From a virus: a DNA stretch of 64,000 nucleotides. The notes beneath the pieces were generated by a model that worked only from the letters and a program-made list of their open reading frames with translations, searched no databases and had not been told where the DNA came from. Shown here one piece after another: positions 21,567 through 32,064 of this stretch. The stretch lies in IMG/VR virus record IMGVR_UViG_3300047323_000675, one strand, 5' to 3'. How positions within the stretch are numbered: the stretch's first letter is position 1; every line of letters begins with the position of its first letter. The translations under genes were made by a program, and so were the position numbers.

Positions 21567-21642
21567 ATATAAAAATCAATAATAAAGATCAATAGGTAAA
21601 TTTAAATATATTAAATAAAGTTAACTTTGAATTAAACTACAT

Positions 21643-21813
21643 TTAATTTCCTGAATAAACTTTTTGTAATGTATCAGTAGGAAAAATTTTACTTCTAAAA
21701 TCATTGCCATCATCCCAAATGCAATATATATCATCTTTTGATTTATTACTAACAGTCATTTTTGGACTGCCGCTTTTCAATTGAACAATATCTCCAATTT
21801 TTAACTCTCCCAA
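21643..21813 (-). CDS. YodC/DUF2158-family small protein (TTG start)
   Basis: Manual translation MGELKIGDIVQLKSGSPKMTV...CIW (56 aa); GGGAGA RBS; below the ORF-track cutoff. Confidence 0.8.
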   Translation of the reverse strand: MGELKIGDIVQLKSGSPKMTVSNKSKDDIYCIWDDGNDFRSKIFPTDTLQKVYSGN

Positions 21814-21956
21814 AATATTCTCCCAAATTAATAATTTAACATTATGTAAAATTCATATAAAATCAAGAATTGTATATTCACCATAATAATTATTGAACAA
21901 AAAGCATTGTGTGTTTGATTAAAAATATTATAATTAAATTAAAACAAGAATAATTT

Positions 21957-23666
21957 ATGTCAGAACCAACACAATTTACCAATCAAGAAATATTAAATAG
22001 TACTTTATTATCAAGTATGGCTTATTTAGAAGATAGACTGATTCGTCATGGTGATACTCTTCAAAGAAGAACTATGTCAAAATTGGATATAATTACTTTT
22101 TTAAATGAAAATAAAATTTCTAAAGAAAGTATTAAAACTATTGAAGATTTTGATAAATGTGTGGATAAATGCCTTCAGAAAGTAATGTCCAATCCATCAT
22201 TTAAAAACATTGTTGCTCAGAAAACAGAATTTTATAGAAGTTTTCAAGAAGAGTTTGGTATTGTTGAGAACACTAATAAAACTGTTATCACTAAAATTGC
22301 TAGAAAAGATTCTATTTGGGAACTTAAAAAAATTGTTACCGAGAATTTAATTAAAGAATTAAAGCTTTTTGATATTAAATTTATTGATTATAGAAACAAT
22401 TTAGAAAAGCGAATAATCAAATCAGTTGTAAGTGGTAATGAAGAAAAAAGGATGATGTATAGAGATGTGAAGAATTTATGGGAAAAATTTTCACCAATAG
22501 ACTTTTCATTAGAACTACAAAAAAAGTATAAACTTTATGACCCAAAGAATGACAGCAATATTAAAGCTACCTTTTATAATGGCTATATAGATGCTGGTCA
22601 AGGAGGAAAGAAATATAAGGATGCTTCTTTACTTATGGGATATGTTAAAGAAAAAAATGAAGATGTTTTATATATCTCTTTTCGTGGAACTGAACAAAAA
22701 GTTAAATCTGCATTTAGATATTTTTTAGAAAATTATCCGAATATGGAAAGGCAGTATAATTATTTTGAACCAATTATTAAAGATGTTTTAAAAGAAGAGA
22801 TTAAGAAATATAAATTATCACATCCTAATAAAAAGTTAAAAGTTATTTTTACTGGACATAGTTTAGGGGCAGCACTAGCTGAGAAATCACTCGATAAATT
22901 TCATGATGATGAAAATACATCATTTAAGGGAATTTTTGTTTCAAATCCTGGTTCATTTCACTATGTTCAAAATATGGTGAATAAATTAGACCAAATTGAT
23001 TGCGATTTAGATAAAATAAAGAATTCCAATATAAAAAATGGTAAAACTAAATTTTTATCACTTGGAGCTACTGCAATGAAAAAAGCAATAAAAGTTGTAA
23101 AAATAGCAGTATTGGGAATAGTTGGAACTACAAGTTATATGGTAGGTGCTGTGGATATAAAAATAAAACAAATGAGCATAAAAGATGTAAATAGAGCAGA
23201 ATTATTTGCTGATATGTTTGAGCTTTCAACTCTATATACTGCAAAGATGTTAAATGTTGGATTCAGAGGTGCTTTTTCTAGTATAAGTTGGCTAATTAAA
23301 AAAGCAGTTTCTCCTGTGATTGATAAAAAAAGTGCAGATCCTAGAGCTTGCACTATTAATCATGAACAAGACAATATACCACATATAGGTAAAGCATTAT
23401 TCCAGAACCACAATCCACAAAGTGTTATATTAAATAGTCCATTACCAATTGAAGAAAATAAAAATATTGTCGCCAAAATTTTCCAAATTGATTATCATGG
23501 GCGTGAGGTTTACTATACTGAATTAAAGCGTAAATCGTTAGAAGGTGATTTATATAAACCGAAAGGAAGTACAGAAAAAGCACCTATAGTTGACAAGATT
23601 AAGAAACTGAGAGAGAATCTGGCAACTAATAAAGCAAAAGAGAAAACTAATGGTAAGAAAATATGA
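21957..23666 (+). CDS. Lipase class 3-like alpha/beta hydrolase
   Basis: ISFRGT lid/oxyanion motif, FTGHSLGAALA nucleophile elbow, D..P and C-terminal H; paralogue of 40897..42654. Confidence 0.85.
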   Translation: MSEPTQFTNQEILNSTLLSSMAYLEDRLIRHGDTLQRRTMSKLDIITFLNENKISKESIKTIEDFDKCVDKCLQKVMSNPSFKNIVAQKTEFYRSFQEEFGIVENTNKTVITKIARKDSIWELKKIVTENLIKELKLFDIKFIDYRNNLEKRIIKSVVSGNEEKRMMYRDVKNLWEKFSPIDFSLELQKKYKLYDPKNDSNIKATFYNGYIDAGQGGKKYKDASLLMGYVKEKNEDVLYISFRGTEQKVKSAFRYFLENYPNMERQYNYFEPIIKDVLKEEIKKYKLSHPNKKLKVIFTGHSLGAALAEKSLDKFHDDENTSFKGIFVSNPGSFHYVQNMVNKLDQIDCDLDKIKNSNIKNGKTKFLSLGATAMKKAIKVVKIAVLGIVGTTSYMVGAVDIKIKQMSIKDVNRAELFADMFELSTLYTAKMLNVGFRGAFSSISWLIKKAVSPVIDKKSADPRACTINHEQDNIPHIGKALFQNHNPQSVILNSPLPIEENKNIVAKIFQIDYHGREVYYTELKRKSLEGDLYKPKGSTEKAPIVDKIKKLRENLATNKAKEKTNGKKI

Positions 23667-24318
23667 TCCTCAGGATGTCTTTGAGGAAATTAAAAACAAT
23701 TTTAAATCAATTGAAACTTTTGATAAGTTAGTGCAATCTTCAGCACTCTACTATCAAGAGTATGGCTTATTAGATGTTCTAAAGCTCTTTATTCCTAACA
23801 ACAATAACTATGATTGTTTAAATCAATGGACTACTGAAAAAGCTGAAACAGCAGCCAATGATGTTATTCGCGTCTTTATGGAACAAAGAATCTCTAATGC
23901 ATATCTTAAGGAAATCCAACAGGAAGGTATCTATTTGGCTTTCCAAACTAGAACTTCAGTATTTTTGAGCTATTCTGAATATATTGGAGAAGCATCTTAT
24001 ATAATCGGTAATGCGAGAAATAATGGTGTTAGTATTACTGCTGATGAGTGGCTTAGAGATTTCCCTTATGAGTTTCATGCAGCTTGGTATAACCGTACAG
24101 CAGTGTCGGAAGAAATCGCTATTTTGTTAAAAGAACCAGAAAATGAAATTTTAGCTCAAGCACTTTATGATGGTAAACAAAATTGGTTAGAAAATTTTAG
24201 ATACCCAGAAATTGACAATTGGAGTCCTACTAGTAAATTTATTGAAGTTTTTCAATGGGATGATACTGAAGATGAAAAACAACAGTTAACAAAAGAATTT
24301 AGAAAAAATTATAACTGA
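23650..24318 (+). CDS. Hypothetical protein
   Basis: 222-aa ORF overlapping the lipase stop; terminator ~24325-24350. Confidence 0.75.
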   Translation: MVRKYDPQDVFEEIKNNFKSIETFDKLVQSSALYYQEYGLLDVLKLFIPNNNNYDCLNQWTTEKAETAANDVIRVFMEQRISNAYLKEIQQEGIYLAFQTRTSVFLSYSEYIGEASYIIGNARNNGVSITADEWLRDFPYEFHAAWYNRTAVSEEIAILLKEPENEILAQALYDGKQNWLENFRYPEIDNWSPTSKFIEVFQWDDTEDEKQQLTKEFRKNYN

Positions 24319-24379
24319 ATACTTATAGCCCAACTACGGGCTATATTTTTAATTTATTTTTAAAATCCTAATTTTTCAT

Positions 24380-25021
24380 TCATAATTTCAATTTCTTTTT
24401 ACTAGAATTATTTATATCTAATTCTTTTTGTAGCATTGAATAATTAAATTCTTGTTCGGTGATTTTTTTTCCATCTAACCACCATTCTTTTCTACCATCT
24501 CTATAAACTACAGCAGGACCATCTTCACGATGTATTTTTCCATCAACTGCCCATGTTTGTTTGTCTTTTCCTACAGTAGCAGGTTTTCCGCCATCTCTAT
24601 GATGTAACCCATTTTTGTACCATTTCATAGCACCATTAGCTTTTATAGTAGCAGGTAAATCACCATCTCTATGCAAGACTCCATTTTTATACCATTGTTT
24701 AACTTTTGGGTTAATCACAGCAGGTAAGTCTCCATCTCTATGAAGTTTTCCATGTACATACCACTCTTGCATTAAACTTGATAATTGTCTTGCTGGAAGG
24801 CCATTATCCCTATGTTTAACTCCATTAAGCCACCATTCTTTTAAACCATGTGTGTATACTTTTGCAGGAAGATCTCCGTCACGATGGTACTTCCCATTGA
24901 TAGCCCACTTTTTATTTCCATGAGCTAGTTCTACCGCAGGGCCATCTTCACGATGAAGTTGGCCATTAACTTTCCAATACTTATTTCCTTTAACATCTAT
25001 TTCTGTAGGTTCCATGCTCAT
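24380..25021 (-). CDS. HRxDGPA beta-repeat protein (array 2, gene 5)
   Basis: Repeat motif; tail KKKLKL. Confidence 0.9.
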   Translation of the reverse strand: MSMEPTEIDVKGNKYWKVNGQLHREDGPAVELAHGNKKWAINGKYHRDGDLPAKVYTHGLKEWWLNGVKHRDNGLPARQLSSLMQEWYVHGKLHRDGDLPAVINPKVKQWYKNGVLHRDGDLPATIKANGAMKWYKNGLHHRDGGKPATVGKDKQTWAVDGKIHREDGPAVVYRDGRKEWWLDGKKITEQEFNYSMLQKELDINNSSKKKLKL

Positions 25022-25668
25022 AATTTTAATTTTCTATTTAATTTTTCAGAATTAATTTCTAAAACTTGTTCTAGTTTATAATGATTTACCTCTTGTTCTG
25101 AGCTAACTTTTCCATGAAGCCACCACTCTATTCCACCATCAGACCAAATTACTGCTGGTCCATCTTCTCTATGATATTCATCATTTAGTGCCCAAACTGT
25201 TTTAGTCTTTCCAACGAATGCAGGCTTTCCACCATCACGATGTAATTTACCATTTTTATACCATTTTTGACTACCTTTATGAGTAATACTAGCAGCCTGA
25301 TCATTATCTCTATGTAATAATCCGTGTTTGTACCATTTTTGATCGCCTTTTTTATTAATTGATGCAGGTAAATCTGTCTCTCTATGCAGTTGACCATTTT
25401 GGTACCATTCTTTTCTCCCATTATGTGAAACTATAGCGGGTAAATCACTATCTCTATGAAGTAAACCATTCTTATACCATTCTTGATGACCATCTTTGAA
25501 ATTAATAGCTGGCTCATCATTATATGAATGCAATTCCCCATTTTTATAATAATACTCTACATAACTAGAGATTACTGCTGGACCATCTTCACGATGAAGT
25601 TTGCCATCTACTTTCCAACATTTATTTCCTTTCGCATCTATCTCTGTAGGATTTGAATCATCTCTCAT
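25018..25668 (-). CDS. HRxDGPA beta-repeat protein (array 2, gene 4)
   Basis: Repeat motif; tail NRKLKL. Confidence 0.9.
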   Translation of the reverse strand: MRDDSNPTEIDAKGNKCWKVDGKLHREDGPAVISSYVEYYYKNGELHSYNDEPAINFKDGHQEWYKNGLLHRDSDLPAIVSHNGRKEWYQNGQLHRETDLPASINKKGDQKWYKHGLLHRDNDQAASITHKGSQKWYKNGKLHRDGGKPAFVGKTKTVWALNDEYHREDGPAVIWSDGGIEWWLHGKVSSEQEVNHYKLEQVLEINSEKLNRKLKL

Positions 25669-25680
25669 AACTATTCACTC

Positions 25681-26259
25681 TTATATTTTCAATTTCTTTT
25701 TATTATTATCATTTATGCATAATTCTTTTGCTAATTCATTATTAAATTTTAAAATTTTTATTTCTTCTTCATTAAGTTTTACACCATTGATCCACCACTC
25801 TTCATATGCTCCACTGATGACCGCTGGTCCATCAAATCTATGTTTATTTCCGTTAATATACCAAGCTTGATATGGGTGTTTATTGTCAGGTTCAACAACA
25901 GCCGGGCCATCTTCACGATGCAACAATCCATGCTGCATCCACTTCTCATTACCATATTTATCTTTAATAGCTGGACCATCTTCACGATGGGGAACTCCAT
26001 AAGTATACCAAGATTCTTTTCCGTTTTCTATAATAGCTGGTCCATTAATACGATGTAGTTCTCCCTCAAAATACCATTTTTGGTATTCATTTCCATTAAT
26101 GACAGCCGGACCATCTATTCTATGTCTTTTTCCATATTTAAACCATTGTTCTGTTCCGTCAAGATCAATAGTAGCTGGTCCATCTTCTCTATGAAATTTA
26201 TCATCAAGTAACCATATTTGACGATTAAATCGATCTAAGCTTTTTATTGGCTGATTCAT
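25681..26259 (-). CDS. HRxDGPA beta-repeat protein (array 2, gene 3)
   Basis: Repeat motif; tail KKKLKI. Confidence 0.9.
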   Translation of the reverse strand: MNQPIKSLDRFNRQIWLLDDKFHREDGPATIDLDGTEQWFKYGKRHRIDGPAVINGNEYQKWYFEGELHRINGPAIIENGKESWYTYGVPHREDGPAIKDKYGNEKWMQHGLLHREDGPAVVEPDNKHPYQAWYINGNKHRFDGPAVISGAYEEWWINGVKLNEEEIKILKFNNELAKELCINDNNKKKLKI

Positions 26260-26627
26260 ATTTTTAATTTTTTTGTACCTTTTTCATTAAAGGTTAACTC
26301 TTTTTGTAATATAATAAAATTAAATTCTTGTTCGGAATATTTAACACCATCAATCCACCATTCTTTTAAATTTAATCCATTTACCTCATCTTCTACAGCA
26401 GGACCATCTTCTCTATGAGCTTTTCCATGTTTAAACCAAACTTTTTTACCGCAATGTGTTTCCATCGCGGGACCATCATCTCTATGTTGTAATCCATTTA
26501 TATACCACACTTTAGTTCCTGATTTTGCTTCAATTGCAGGACCATTTTCTCTATGAAGCTTTCCATCAACTTCCCAAAATTTACATCCGTCAGAATCAAT
26601 TCTTGTAGGTTTATCATTGTTATTCAT
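26256..26627 (-). CDS. HRxDGPA beta-repeat protein (array 2, gene 2)
   Basis: Repeat motif; tail TKKLKI. Confidence 0.9.
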   Translation of the reverse strand: MNNNDKPTRIDSDGCKFWEVDGKLHRENGPAIEAKSGTKVWYINGLQHRDDGPAMETHCGKKVWFKHGKAHREDGPAVEDEVNGLNLKEWWIDGVKYSEQEFNFIILQKELTFNEKGTKKLKI

Positions 26628-27292
26628 AATTTAATTTTCTTCTTAGTAAATTCATCGTTCACGGATAGCTTGTTTCTTAATTCTTCATTTAGTTTTATTG
26701 CATTAAATTCTTTTTCTGATAGTTGTTTACCATTTAACCACCATTCATTTTCACCATTTGTTCGTATAACTGCTGGCCCATTATCTCTATGAAATTCACC
26801 TTCAACAACCCATGCTATATATTTATCTTTTTTATAAATTGCAGGTTTGGTTATATCAGGATTATGAATTTTATCATCGGTGTACCATTGATATGAACCA
26901 TCAGGATATTCTTCAGCCGGTCCATCTACACGATGTTTTTTACCATTTATATACCATATTTTAATGCCATTAGCTTTGAGATTTGAAGCTTCAATAGCTG
27001 GTCCATCATCTCTATGTAGAACTCCATATTTATACCATCTTTCGCTTCCATTAGAATCAATACTTGCAGGATCATTATCCCTATGTAATTTACCATCTTG
27101 ATACCAATGCATTTCACCATTTACATCAATAATTGCAGGTTGATCATTATCTCTATGAATTTTATCATTTTTAAACCATATTTCTTTGCCGTTTGCTTCA
27201 ATTACGGCAGGCCCATCTTCACGGTGAAGTTTACCATCTACTTCCCATAATTGGCTACCATTTTCATCAATATTTGTAGGTCTTGAACTCAT
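26624..27292 (-). CDS. HRxDGPA beta-repeat protein (array 2, gene 1)
   Basis: Repeat motif; tail KKKIKL. Confidence 0.9.
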   Translation of the reverse strand: MSSRPTNIDENGSQLWEVDGKLHREDGPAVIEANGKEIWFKNDKIHRDNDQPAIIDVNGEMHWYQDGKLHRDNDPASIDSNGSERWYKYGVLHRDDGPAIEASNLKANGIKIWYINGKKHRVDGPAEEYPDGSYQWYTDDKIHNPDITKPAIYKKDKYIAWVVEGEFHRDNGPAVIRTNGENEWWLNGKQLSEKEFNAIKLNEELRNKLSVNDEFTKKKIKL

Positions 27293-27636
27293 ATTTATAA
27301 TTTAAATATACTGTTTAAATTATAAAAAAATTATGATTAAAAAACAAATAAATATAGATAATTACTTATAAAATTATTTATTTTTAAAGAAAATTATGGT
27401 AAATCAAAAGAAATAGATGATATACAAACTATTTTAATTGGCAGGCATGCAAACAGACTAATGATCAAAAATACTACAGCTTTGAACAAGAAATTTTTAG
27501 AAAAGCCTGGAATAGTGGAACTATTTATAAACAAAACAATATTATAAATTATGATCCAATCGATCATATAGTATTATCTAATGAACAGATTAAAAATGTA
27601 AATTTATAGAGCCTACATTGAGTCGGCTTTATTTTT

Positions 27637-29037
27637 TTGTATAATAAAGATAATTATATTGGAGTATCAATGAAATTATATACATTTGAAGAATTAGAGA
27701 AATTTACAAAAAAAGATATTAAAAATATCTTAACAGAGCGTGCTAAGATGTGTGGATCTTTATTAAATGATGCTCTCATTGGAAAAACTATAGAATCAGA
27801 AGGAAATGATGAAGAAGAAGAACCATTAAATTTCAAAATAAAAGAAATTATTTATCATCCTAGTAAAGAATTATCAATCAACGAAAAATTTATAGCCATA
27901 CCAGTAAACATCTATTTAGAAGATTATAATTGCACAACTAAAGCAGAAATTATATATGAAAATGAAACAACAGATTTTTCAATAAAAGATTTATTGCAAG
28001 AACAGATAATTAAAGGAACTAGATTTAGTTGGCGAGCAAAAAGGCTTCAGGGTTTAGATTATATTAATATAGAAATATTAATTCCTAATGCATTAATTAA
28101 TCCTGATATTAAAATATTTAATGAATATAATGATTTCATTACAACAAATCAAAAAGTAAGTTCAGTTAAAAAAATAAAACACAGAAAAGAATTAGAAAAA
28201 AAATTAGCTTTAGAAATAGAGGAGTTAAAATATCAAAAATTTAATATAGTAAAGGAATCTGGTTCGTATGTGCCTGAAGATAAAGAAGAATTAATGCAAT
28301 TTATTCATCATGCTAATCGAGTCTCTTTTGATAAACAAGCATTGGTTGAAGTTATGAAGAAATATTCAGATAATAAAGAAATAGTCGAAGCTATATTAGC
28401 AGGTTTTTATGAAGATATTTTCAAGTATGCATCAAATAGATTAAAAAACGATAGGGATTTTATAGAGTCATGTCTTGATAAAAAAATAGTCACTATCATG
28501 GAATATGTATGTGATAAATTTAAAGATGATGATGTATTAATACATAAAGCTGTTACAGTAAATGGTTCAGTTATTGAACATGCATCAGAAAGATTAAAAG
28601 ATGATAAAAATATCGCTCTAATTGCTGTCGGAAACAATCTAAGTGGGGATAGTGCTTATTTTAGTATTTCTGAGAATTTAAAAAAAGATAAAGATATTAT
28701 ATTAAAATTGGTTGAAACTAGAGGAGATTTTTTTGCAGTTTGTCCTGAAGTAGAAACCAATAAGGAACTGTTAATTAAAGCGTTTTCTACCGCATTTGAT
28801 CGTCAAAGCAGCAATTTATTAAGAAATACTAGTGAAGAATTAAGAAATGATAAAGAAGTTGCTTTAGCTGCAATAAAATGTAACCCTGATAACATTTATC
28901 ATATCGGTGAAAAATTAAAAAAAGAAATTGGTAGTTTTGATCCTTATACATATTTAAGTAGAATAGATTTATACAATGAAATAAATGAAGAAGTTATTAA
29001 TCATGAAGTTAGCCCAAAAAGAAAAATGAAAATGTAA
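27637..29037 (+). CDS. DUF4116-repeat protein, paralogue A (likely start 27670)
   Basis: Repeats ASxxLKxDxxxxLxAV (ASNRLKNDRDF, ASERLKDDKNIALIAV, SEELRNDKEVALAAI); GGAG RBS before 27670. Confidence 0.85.
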   Translation: MYNKDNYIGVSMKLYTFEELEKFTKKDIKNILTERAKMCGSLLNDALIGKTIESEGNDEEEEPLNFKIKEIIYHPSKELSINEKFIAIPVNIYLEDYNCTTKAEIIYENETTDFSIKDLLQEQIIKGTRFSWRAKRLQGLDYINIEILIPNALINPDIKIFNEYNDFITTNQKVSSVKKIKHRKELEKKLALEIEELKYQKFNIVKESGSYVPEDKEELMQFIHHANRVSFDKQALVEVMKKYSDNKEIVEAILAGFYEDIFKYASNRLKNDRDFIESCLDKKIVTIMEYVCDKFKDDDVLIHKAVTVNGSVIEHASERLKDDKNIALIAVGNNLSGDSAYFSISENLKKDKDIILKLVETRGDFFAVCPEVETNKELLIKAFSTAFDRQSSNLLRNTSEELRNDKEVALAAIKCNPDNIYHIGEKLKKEIGSFDPYTYLSRIDLYNEINEEVINHEVSPKRKMKM

Positions 29038-29046
29038 GGAATAAAT

Positions 29047-30417
29047 ATGAAATTATATACAATATCAGAATTAGAAAAATTATCATCAGATGAAATTATT
29101 GAGATTATTAATAGCCGTTACAAGCTATTCACCAAACTAACTAATGATGCAATTATTGGTAAAAAAGTAGAAACAATTGGCAGTAAAGCTAAAGAGATCA
29201 ACGGAAGACAGGAAAAAAGATCTTTCCCTATAAAAAACATTGAATATTTAGAGAATAAAAATCCACTTTTTGGTCAAGATGTTGCGATAATTCCAATCAA
29301 TATAATTCTAGATGGATATGATAGTAAAAGTAAAAATGGAACTCTTTATCATGATCATTTAACAACCAGTTCAATAAGTAATTTATTGCAAAAAAAAATA
29401 GAGAAAGACATAACAATTCATTGGAGTGCTAAAAAATTACAAGGACAAAATCATGTTAGTTTTGATTTATTATTCCCAATCAAGTTGATTGCTCCTGATA
29501 TAATTGCATATATAGATTATAATCCCGATTGGAATTCTAAAAAAATAATATCAAAAATAATAGATAATGAAAAAAAACAAAAATTAGAAAATAAATTATT
29601 AAAAGAAATTGAAGAAATTCAAAATAATAAATTTAATTTAATCAAGGAAAAACATGCATATGTTCCTGACAATAAAGAAGAATTAATGGAATTTATTCAA
29701 AAATATTCAAAAATATATGATAAAGATGCTTTAAATGAAGTAGTTAAAAAATATCCTGATAACAAAGAAATAGTATTAGCTGCAATAGGTCTTTTTAATG
29801 ATGAAGTTTTTAAATATGCATCAGATAAACTAAAAGATGATAGAGAATTTGTTAATTATTGTATTGAAAATCATAAAGGTAACATACTTGAATTTGCATC
29901 AGAAAGACTAAGAGATGATGAATCATTACTGCTAAAAGCAATTAAATCGGTCGGTGGTCAAATAATGAGAGCAGCATCAGATAGATTAAAAAATGATAAA
30001 AATATTGCGTTGATTGCAATTCAAAGTCAAGCAATGGCTTACACACACATTTCAGAAAATTTAAAAACGGATGAGGAAGTTATATCTATATTAATAGAGC
30101 AAAAGCCTGATTTTTTCAAACCACCTCCGATTATTCGAAATAACAAAGAACTTTTAATTAAAGCATTTAAAAATGCTTATCCTGACAGTAGCAATTTACT
30201 TTTAGAATATACTAGTGATGAACTTAAAAATGATACTCAAGTGGCTTTAGCTGCAATTGAATGTTCTCCAAGAAATATTGAATATATTGGTCAAAAATTA
30301 AAAGATGAAATTGGTGATTTTGAACCTTTTGCTTATTTAAAAAATATTGACTTATATAAAGAAATGCATAATGAAATGACAAATGACAATAGTAGTAAAA
30401 GAAAGCCAAAGATGTAA
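29047..30417 (+). CDS. DUF4116-repeat protein, paralogue B
   Basis: Same repeats and N-terminus MKLYT..ELEK; tail KRKPKM. Confidence 0.85.
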   Translation: MKLYTISELEKLSSDEIIEIINSRYKLFTKLTNDAIIGKKVETIGSKAKEINGRQEKRSFPIKNIEYLENKNPLFGQDVAIIPINIILDGYDSKSKNGTLYHDHLTTSSISNLLQKKIEKDITIHWSAKKLQGQNHVSFDLLFPIKLIAPDIIAYIDYNPDWNSKKIISKIIDNEKKQKLENKLLKEIEEIQNNKFNLIKEKHAYVPDNKEELMEFIQKYSKIYDKDALNEVVKKYPDNKEIVLAAIGLFNDEVFKYASDKLKDDREFVNYCIENHKGNILEFASERLRDDESLLLKAIKSVGGQIMRAASDRLKNDKNIALIAIQSQAMAYTHISENLKTDEEVISILIEQKPDFFKPPPIIRNNKELLIKAFKNAYPDSSNLLLEYTSDELKNDTQVALAAIECSPRNIEYIGQKLKDEIGDFEPFAYLKNIDLYKEMHNEMTNDNSSKRKPKM

Positions 30418-30781
30418 AAAAAGCCAAATTAGTGGGCTTTTTTAATTTGTTATAATAAATTTATTATGAACTTTTATTTTTCTTTTCAAATACAGTTATT
30501 AAAGAGTATAAAATAATTGATATTACACTTGAAACAACCAATCCTGACAAGAAATCACTTAAACAAATAGTAGAGTGTAAAGGAGTGTCAAGTAATGGTG
30601 AGGGAATTGAAAAACTAATATTCCCAAAATCAAACATATCTTTCAAATTAGAAAATGGCGAAATAAGCATATTTAAATCCTTATAGTTGTACTTTTCTAT
30701 TTCTATTAAATTATTTACTAAAAGTAAAATATTTTTTTCATTAATATCTAAATTAGACTATTTTCTGCTATAATACACTTT

Positions 30782-31639
30782 TTGAAGATATGGAGAAAAA
30801 TCATGTTTTGGAGATTACATAAAGCTATTTTTGCGGAACAGATAGATAAAGCTGTGGAAGTAATCAAAGGATTAGGTGATGAATTCCAAGTAGTAAGTGG
30901 CACTCCATCTCAATTAGCCGAAGCTCCACTATCTATTAATCAACCAGCATTAGCTATTACTACTTTACAAGATGCACAAAGATTAATTCGAAAGGATTAC
31001 CCTAGTACTCCTTGGTTATTCTTCAATAATAATAAATATAAAGTATCTCATTGGTTGCCTCGTATTGATAAAACCATCCCAACTCTTAATAGAGAGGCTA
31101 TATTTCTTCCTGTTGGATTACTCAAAAACCTGACTTCTCAACAAGTTGATCGTATTGTTCCTAAAGGGGAAAAGATTTTTATTAAACCAGATACAGGAAA
31201 TAAAGTATTCACTGGATTTAGTATTATTAATGATGAAAACTTTATGAAAAACATTGAAGATAATTTAATGTTTTCACATATTGAAGCTGAAGAAATGTGT
31301 GTTTTATCTCCACACAAAGAATTGGAAGAAACTGAATGGCGTTTTTGGATTGCTGAAGGTGAAGTTATTGCCTATACACCATACTCATGGGATGATGAAC
31401 CTGAATTTTTTGAAGCTCCTAGCCAAGTTTTACAAATGGCCAAAGCTATGGCCAAAAACAATTGGCAACCCGATTATGTTTATGTAGCTGATTTTTGTAC
31501 TACAAAAGAAGGAGAAGTAATGCTGATAGAGATTAATGCTGCATCAACATCAGGTGTATATAAGGCTCAATTAGATAAACTATTACCAGGAATAAGACAT
31601 ACTTGCATTAGAGAATACGAAGGAACTATTGAAGATTAA
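30782..31639 (+). CDS. R2K-clade ATP-grasp protein (DUF4343-like)
   Basis: FIKPD...KVFTG, EWRFWI..G.VI, VADF...G..LIEINAA motifs. Confidence 0.8.
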   Translation: MKIWRKIMFWRLHKAIFAEQIDKAVEVIKGLGDEFQVVSGTPSQLAEAPLSINQPALAITTLQDAQRLIRKDYPSTPWLFFNNNKYKVSHWLPRIDKTIPTLNREAIFLPVGLLKNLTSQQVDRIVPKGEKIFIKPDTGNKVFTGFSIINDENFMKNIEDNLMFSHIEAEEMCVLSPHKELEETEWRFWIAEGEVIAYTPYSWDDEPEFFEAPSQVLQMAKAMAKNNWQPDYVYVADFCTTKEGEVMLIEINAASTSGVYKAQLDKLLPGIRHTCIREYEGTIED

Positions 31640-31658
31640 TAATTAAAAGGAGATTACG

Positions 31659-32036
31659 ATGGATGAAGTTAAAAGTGTATCTAAAAAATTTAAAAAACCA
31701 GTATATATAGTTGATACTTCAAATAATCAGATTATAAGCAATGATACTGTATTTTCTATTAATGGTTATGATTTTGGTGATAGATTACTAGAAGGTGTGA
31801 TGTTTAGAGCTAAATTATCTGAAGATGGCAAAGAACTTACCGTTATTGGAACAAGTGATAATAAATATATGTCTGATCTTAATTCTGAAAAGTGGATGAA
31901 AGTAGCATTAAAGCTATTTACTCAAATCGCAAATGAAGGTGATTTTGTGTTTAGTGAAAAAAGCCATAAAAGCTCAGATTTAATTTTAGCAACAGAAGAA
32001 ATTATGCAAGAACATTATCCTGAATTGATAAAATAA
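31659..32036 (+). CDS. Hypothetical protein
   Basis: AGGAG RBS; terminator ~32037-32060. Confidence 0.75.
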   Translation: MDEVKSVSKKFKKPVYIVDTSNNQIISNDTVFSINGYDFGDRLLEGVMFRAKLSEDGKELTVIGTSDNKYMSDLNSEKWMKVALKLFTQIANEGDFVFSEKSHKSSDLILATEEIMQEHYPELIK

Positions 32037-32064
32037 AAAAAGCTCCTATTGGAGCTTTTTTAAA

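Noticed and set aside
17253-26792. Many overlapping 60-113 aa ORFs in and opposite the HRxDGPA arrays
   Set aside because: Shadow frames produced by repetitive coding sequence; the main frames form coherent coupled operons
27395-27610. Open frame YTNYFNWQACKQTNDQKYYSFEQ... without a start codon
   Set aside because: No in-frame start or RBS; possibly a gene remnant but unsupported
30464-30713. ORF 30464..30670 (-) and an overlapping start-less plus-strand frame
   Set aside because: Neither has a convincing start/RBS or a recognisable motif
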